DNA from: a virus
Strand: one strand, 5' to 3'
Length of the DNA: 64,000 bases
IMG/VR virus record: IMGVR_UViG_3300045988_095842
The position numbers and the translations under genes were made by a program. Below are positions 60,746 through 64,000 of this stretch, piece by piece. Position 1 is the stretch's first letter. Each line of letters starts with the position of its first letter. The notes below the pieces were generated by a model, which saw only the letters and a list, made by a program, of their open reading frames with translations, did not search any database and had not been told where the DNA came from.

Positions 60746-61106
60746 TCCCACTTCCCTCGCTTTCATATTCTTTCGGCCACATTTCCTTAAATGGAGCCCC
60801 CGGTTTTTCCATCCAAAATACTGTTTCTCTGTACTTATTCCTGGCCCATTTACTGCGCTCTCCTGGAGAAGCTTTCCCTCCGCGATAATGGTCGAGGCCA
60901 ACCTCCATTTTGCTACGGTCAACAGCGCTCCAGAGTGCCGGATGATACGCCACCAGATATTCTCCGGCTTCCGGTGGTGCCTCTCTCATGTAATTGTGCC
61001 AATAAGCGCTTTCTTTCATTCTTCTCAGATCTTCAGCAAGCATTACAGCCGCTCGCTTCTCGATCTTTTCTGTCAGCTCGTTAATATTAAGAAGCACTTT
61101 TCTCAT
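60738..61106 (-). CDS. hypothetical protein
   Basis: 122 aa ORF. Confidence 0.55.
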   Translation of the reverse strand: MRKVLLNINELTEKIEKRAAVMLAEDLRRMKESAYWHNYMREAPPEAGEYLVAYHPALWSAVDRSKMEVGLDHYRGGKASPGERSKWARNKYRETVFWMEKPGAPFKEMWPKEYESEGSGNE

Positions 61107-61460
61107 TTAATTTTCCTCAGAATCTGTGATATCTTCAAAATATCTGACCTTATATCCGTCAAGAAGGCTTATGCTGCGTCCATCTATGATCACAACGTTG
61201 TTCCCATCTTCATCCTGGATTTCGATCCGGCATACCCCGGGGAAACAAATCTCTTCTTTCATTCTTTCACTTTCCTCCATAAGTAACGTATCGAACCCTT
61301 CAGTTGCATAGATGCGTATTCCGTCCCGTTCCAACTTGCAGCCGCCGCACATCTTTGTTACTTCAAATACATCACCGGTTCTTAGTGTTATAGACCCTTG
61401 AACGCCAAGATAACTCTCACGAATTCCCAGTTCTACGTTTTCTTTCATCCGCATTTTCAT
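61107..61460 (-). CDS. hypothetical protein
   Basis: 117 aa ORF. Confidence 0.55.
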   Translation of the reverse strand: MKMRMKENVELGIRESYLGVQGSITLRTGDVFEVTKMCGGCKLERDGIRIYATEGFDTLLMEESERMKEEICFPGVCRIEIQDEDGNNVVIIDGRSISLLDGYKVRYFEDITDSEEN

Positions 61461-62170
61461 TTTGCCTTTTCCTCCTCATCAAAATCTGGGTACTTATACC
61501 CCTCTCCCATCAGCGCACCAAATCCCATCTTGATGTCTGATATACAGCTATCAAGATGCTCCATCTTAAGCCGCATCAGCCTTATGTCTGTATCGAAATG
61601 TGTTAGCCTCGACATTGCAATAAAGGCTCCGGTATGGAGGTCAAAAGTATCATTCTTGCTGCATACCGCGCTTGCTGTTTCTCCAGTCTCCAGATCCCTT
61701 GCTGTGACGGTATCTCCGTTCTGATAGATCACAATACGGGGAGGCGTCTTCTTTGATTTAGCCTTTTTAATTTCACTTTCTAAAAATACCCAATAGGGAC
61801 TGTCATCATCAAAGTGCACCCCGTAGACATTCATTCCATTTTTTCTATCGTACTTACACCTCACGATTCCCGTTACGCCCTTTTTCTCGCATTTTTTTAT
61901 AACCTTTACGATGTCACCAACCTTAATTTCGTCTTTCTCCATCTTTTCTTTCTCCTCTGGTGCTGTTTTATCTGGCTCAGCTTCGGATTTAAGCCAATCT
62001 CTATAGTAGGCTGAACAGCCGGCGTCTGAGTTCGGCTTGTGCAAATCGCATTTGTAGCAGTCTAAGCCAATGCACGACACCGGTTTTCCGTTGTATATAG
62101 CTGGATGATGCGTGTTATCCTTTTTCGCTATCTTTTCGGCTTCATCTTTATACAGTTCTTCGTTTGTCAT
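61457..62170 (-). CDS. hypothetical protein with the N-terminal recurrent Cys-rich mini-domain
   Basis: Contains CIGLDCYKCDLHKPNSDAGCSAYYRDWLKSE. Confidence 0.55.
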   Translation of the reverse strand: MTNEELYKDEAEKIAKKDNTHHPAIYNGKPVSCIGLDCYKCDLHKPNSDAGCSAYYRDWLKSEAEPDKTAPEEKEKMEKDEIKVGDIVKVIKKCEKKGVTGIVRCKYDRKNGMNVYGVHFDDDSPYWVFLESEIKKAKSKKTPPRIVIYQNGDTVTARDLETGETASAVCSKNDTFDLHTGAFIAMSRLTHFDTDIRLMRLKMEHLDSCISDIKMGFGALMGEGYKYPDFDEEEKAK

Positions 62171-62185
62171 CAGTTCCCCTTTCCC

Positions 62186-62842
62186 TTATAAACATCCGCC
62201 GCAGCAGCCCTGTGGGACCTCACTGTTGACAAGCTCTTCGATTTCTTGCCGATAAGGTTCAAGATCTTCCGGCAGATCCACAGACCACGGTCCGGATGTG
62301 ACAAATTCGTTCCAGTTTCCATCGAAACCGGCACTGCCACCAGAGCAAAGCGCATGTGCAAGCTCCCGCTTCTTTCCGTCCACCTCCAGAACCAGTGTGC
62401 CGCTGCAAAGATTCGGATACCTTCCATCATAAGAAACAAACTTGACCATTCTGACTGGCCCTTTCCATCCAGAAGAAAAGGAATAAACGTTCATCTTTCG
62501 TCGGTTCTTGTTTTTCTCCAAAACAGTTATGAATCCGTTATCCTCAAGTTCATGGAACCATTTAACGGCGTTACTGCGATCTATGCCGTACTCTTTTAGG
62601 TGGGATGCAGGGAAAACAAAATCTCTTCCTTCCGTGTACATTGTCCCTGTTTCTTGTCCGTGCATATACAGGCAGCATTTGCCTTCGTCTGAATTGGCCT
62701 CTGCCCTGCAGCATAGATATAGCTGCTTTGCCCCAATGCTAAGGTTTTGGTATCTCTTCGATTTCAGCATAGATACATACATCATTCCGAACTTGTCATT
62801 TTTTCCGCTGCTTGCATACTCGTCAATCGCCTTCCGCTTCAT
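62186..62842 (-). CDS. winged-helix DNA-binding protein with a Cys-rich C-terminal domain
   Basis: Contains FVFPASHLKEYGIDRSNAVKWFHELEDNGFITVLEKNKN and ends QGCCGGCL. A GGGGAGG RBS lies upstream. Confidence 0.55.
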   Translation of the reverse strand: MKRKAIDEYASSGKNDKFGMMYVSMLKSKRYQNLSIGAKQLYLCCRAEANSDEGKCCLYMHGQETGTMYTEGRDFVFPASHLKEYGIDRSNAVKWFHELEDNGFITVLEKNKNRRKMNVYSFSSGWKGPVRMVKFVSYDGRYPNLCSGTLVLEVDGKKRELAHALCSGGSAGFDGNWNEFVTSGPWSVDLPEDLEPYRQEIEELVNSEVPQGCCGGCL

Positions 62843-63116
62843 TTCGCCTCCCCAATTCTTCAAATGCCCTATAAGCGATTTCTATACCACGCGTGACATT
62901 CCTTATCAGATCCTCGATTGGAAGCTTTATTTCTTTGGCGATTTGAACTTCCTGGTATACAGAAAGGGCAAGCAGTTCCTTGGGTGTACCTCCTGTAAGA
63001 ATCGAACGTCTTTTTGTGGCCGCAATGTACGGAATGCTATTTTCATTTGCGATCTCCATTGCTTCAAGCATCAGACGATCAACTTTTTCTTCTGGTTTTT
63101 CTTCAGTTCTATTCAT
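62823..63116 (-). CDS. hypothetical protein
   Basis: 97 aa ORF. Confidence 0.5.
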   Translation of the reverse strand: MNRTEEKPEEKVDRLMLEAMEIANENSIPYIAATKRRSILTGGTPKELLALSVYQEVQIAKEIKLPIEDLIRNVTRGIEIAYRAFEELGRRNEAEGD

Positions 63117-63152
63117 CTTCCACCTCCAGTTTAATGCTGCTCGAATAACTCA

Positions 63153-63827
63153 TTAATTCTCCCCTCTGACAATTGCACCAAGAGCCTCACACCTTTCTTT
63201 CCACGCTTTCTTGAACTCCTCTGTTTCCTCCAGCTTCTTCGATGCTATGAATCCCGTGCGACAGTACGGATGTCCTTCTTTTGTCTCCCCTGCATCTTTG
63301 TAAGAGACGATCCACCCTTCCTCCAAGAGCTTATTAATCGCCCAGTCCATTTTCTTTCTTGTGAGGAGGCAGTCTCTTTTCACATCTCCTTTCGTTACCA
63401 AACACAAGCACCCATAGGAGTAATAAACTCTACGAAAAATAAAATAAGCCCTTACTTCTCTGAGGAGCTGGTCTCCTTCATTTGGGTTGTAGATGTATGC
63501 CCCTGTTTGCTGTTCTAAAAGATGAAGACCGCCGACCGTAAGGTGATACTCATTTTCCTTTTTCCATGCAAAACCTTTTTCTACAAGTGCTTCCCACATC
63601 GGTTCATCTACTGGTTCTGCCTCGTAGAAATTTCTGTGCGGTTGGTGGAAGTACATCACAGCTCCCACGCATGTCCCTTTATAGTCCAGTCCGATGCAGT
63701 GTTTCATCTCTGAAAACAGCACGTCCGGAAGTTTTCCTTTTACCGGAATTTCTGTTGGAATTCCGGAATAAACTTTATACTTTATATCGTCAATCACATC
63801 CATCCACTGCTCTTTGGTAAGTCCCAT
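63153..63827 (-). CDS. hypothetical protein
   Basis: 224 aa ORF. Confidence 0.55.
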   Translation of the reverse strand: MGLTKEQWMDVIDDIKYKVYSGIPTEIPVKGKLPDVLFSEMKHCIGLDYKGTCVGAVMYFHQPHRNFYEAEPVDEPMWEALVEKGFAWKKENEYHLTVGGLHLLEQQTGAYIYNPNEGDQLLREVRAYFIFRRVYYSYGCLCLVTKGDVKRDCLLTRKKMDWAINKLLEEGWIVSYKDAGETKEGHPYCRTGFIASKKLEETEEFKKAWKERCEALGAIVRGEN

Positions 63828-64000
63828 CACTTTTCCTCTTCTGATTTATCTGATTTCTGCTTGTCAAAGATTTCTCCAGCAACTATCGCTCCAACAACCG
63901 CAAGAAGATGCGTCGTCTCTTCCGGATTTGGCCCAACGATTGCCATTGCACTGGAAAAGGCATCCAGGAATTCAAGCTTTGAGATTGTTACATAATTTTC
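63827..64000 (-). CDS. hypothetical protein, C-terminal 57 codons only (the 5-prime end lies beyond the window)
   Basis: My own translation: ...ENYVTISKLEFLDAFSSAMAIVGPNPEETTHLLAVVGAIVAGEIFDKQKSDKSEEEK*. The stop overlaps the next ATG. Confidence 0.5.
   Translation of the reverse strand, partial: ENYVTISKLEFLDAFSSAMAIVGPNPEETTHLLAVVGAIVAGEIFDKQKSDKSEEEK

Larger units (their letters stand above)
1..64000. mobile_element. Temperate contractile-tailed phage or prophage segment; the entire window is phage DNA
   Basis: The window contains integrase, repressors, recombination/replication, terminase, portal, capsid, sheath/tube/tape-measure/baseplate and lysis modules. Genes are tightly packed on the minus strand and no host housekeeping genes are present. 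Confidence 0.9.

Noticed and set aside
17-64000. Numerous plus-strand ORFs in the track that overlap minus-strand genes, for example 8307..8975, 8804..9610, 18315..18992, 33402..34403, 46257..47315 and 53327..54244.
   Set aside because: They lie antisense to long, tightly packed, motif-bearing minus-strand genes. They lack RBS context and have low-complexity or Cys/Ser/Leu/Arg-rich translations typical of shadow ORFs.
1-64000. Genome-wide stop-codon reassignment (TGA or TAA/TAG recoding), prompted by the in-frame TGA at 737-739 and the in-frame TAA at 20199-20201.
   Set aside because: Dozens of long, well-supported genes (integrase, portal, tape measure, capsid, dcm, dut) are uninterrupted under the standard code. 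All three stop codons end genes at sensible operon junctions. Only two isolated in-frame stops are seen.

Overview
The whole 64 kb window is temperate phage DNA, either a phage genome or a prophage (or tandem prophages). It has a contractile tail and PBSX/Xkd-like tail genes. Strong GGAGG ribosome-binding sites suggest a Firmicutes/Clostridia-type host (inference). Almost all genes are on the minus strand. Reading the minus strand from 64 kb down: small early genes including ssb (57.8-64 kb); an attP-like site built on a tRNA-Ala 3-prime fragment; a plus-strand lysogeny cassette (two XRE repressors and a tyrosine integrase, 55.3-57.4 kb); Cro-like genes; recombination and replication genes (RecT, PD-(D/E)XK exonuclease, replisome organiser with internal iterons, G39P-like loader, RecU-like resolvase); a late regulator, dUTPase and ParB-Dcm-ParB; terS and a frameshifted terL; portal; an unusual effector island inside the head module (Nudix, RelA/SpoT-like synthetase, HD alarmone hydrolase, MuF, and a split toxin-like protein sharing a GSGNWG[HY]SGRPG motif); head genes; sheath, tube, tape measure and baseplate; a moron block inside the baseplate operon (extra fibre genes and a DUF4041-T5orf172 nuclease); lysis genes; accessory operons; and further small early genes (0-8 kb). 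A plus-strand island at 10.4-11.3 kb carries an XRE gene and a stand-alone type I-E-like CRISPR repeat cluster with its own promoter and terminator. All family assignments come from motif recognition by eye, not from database searches.
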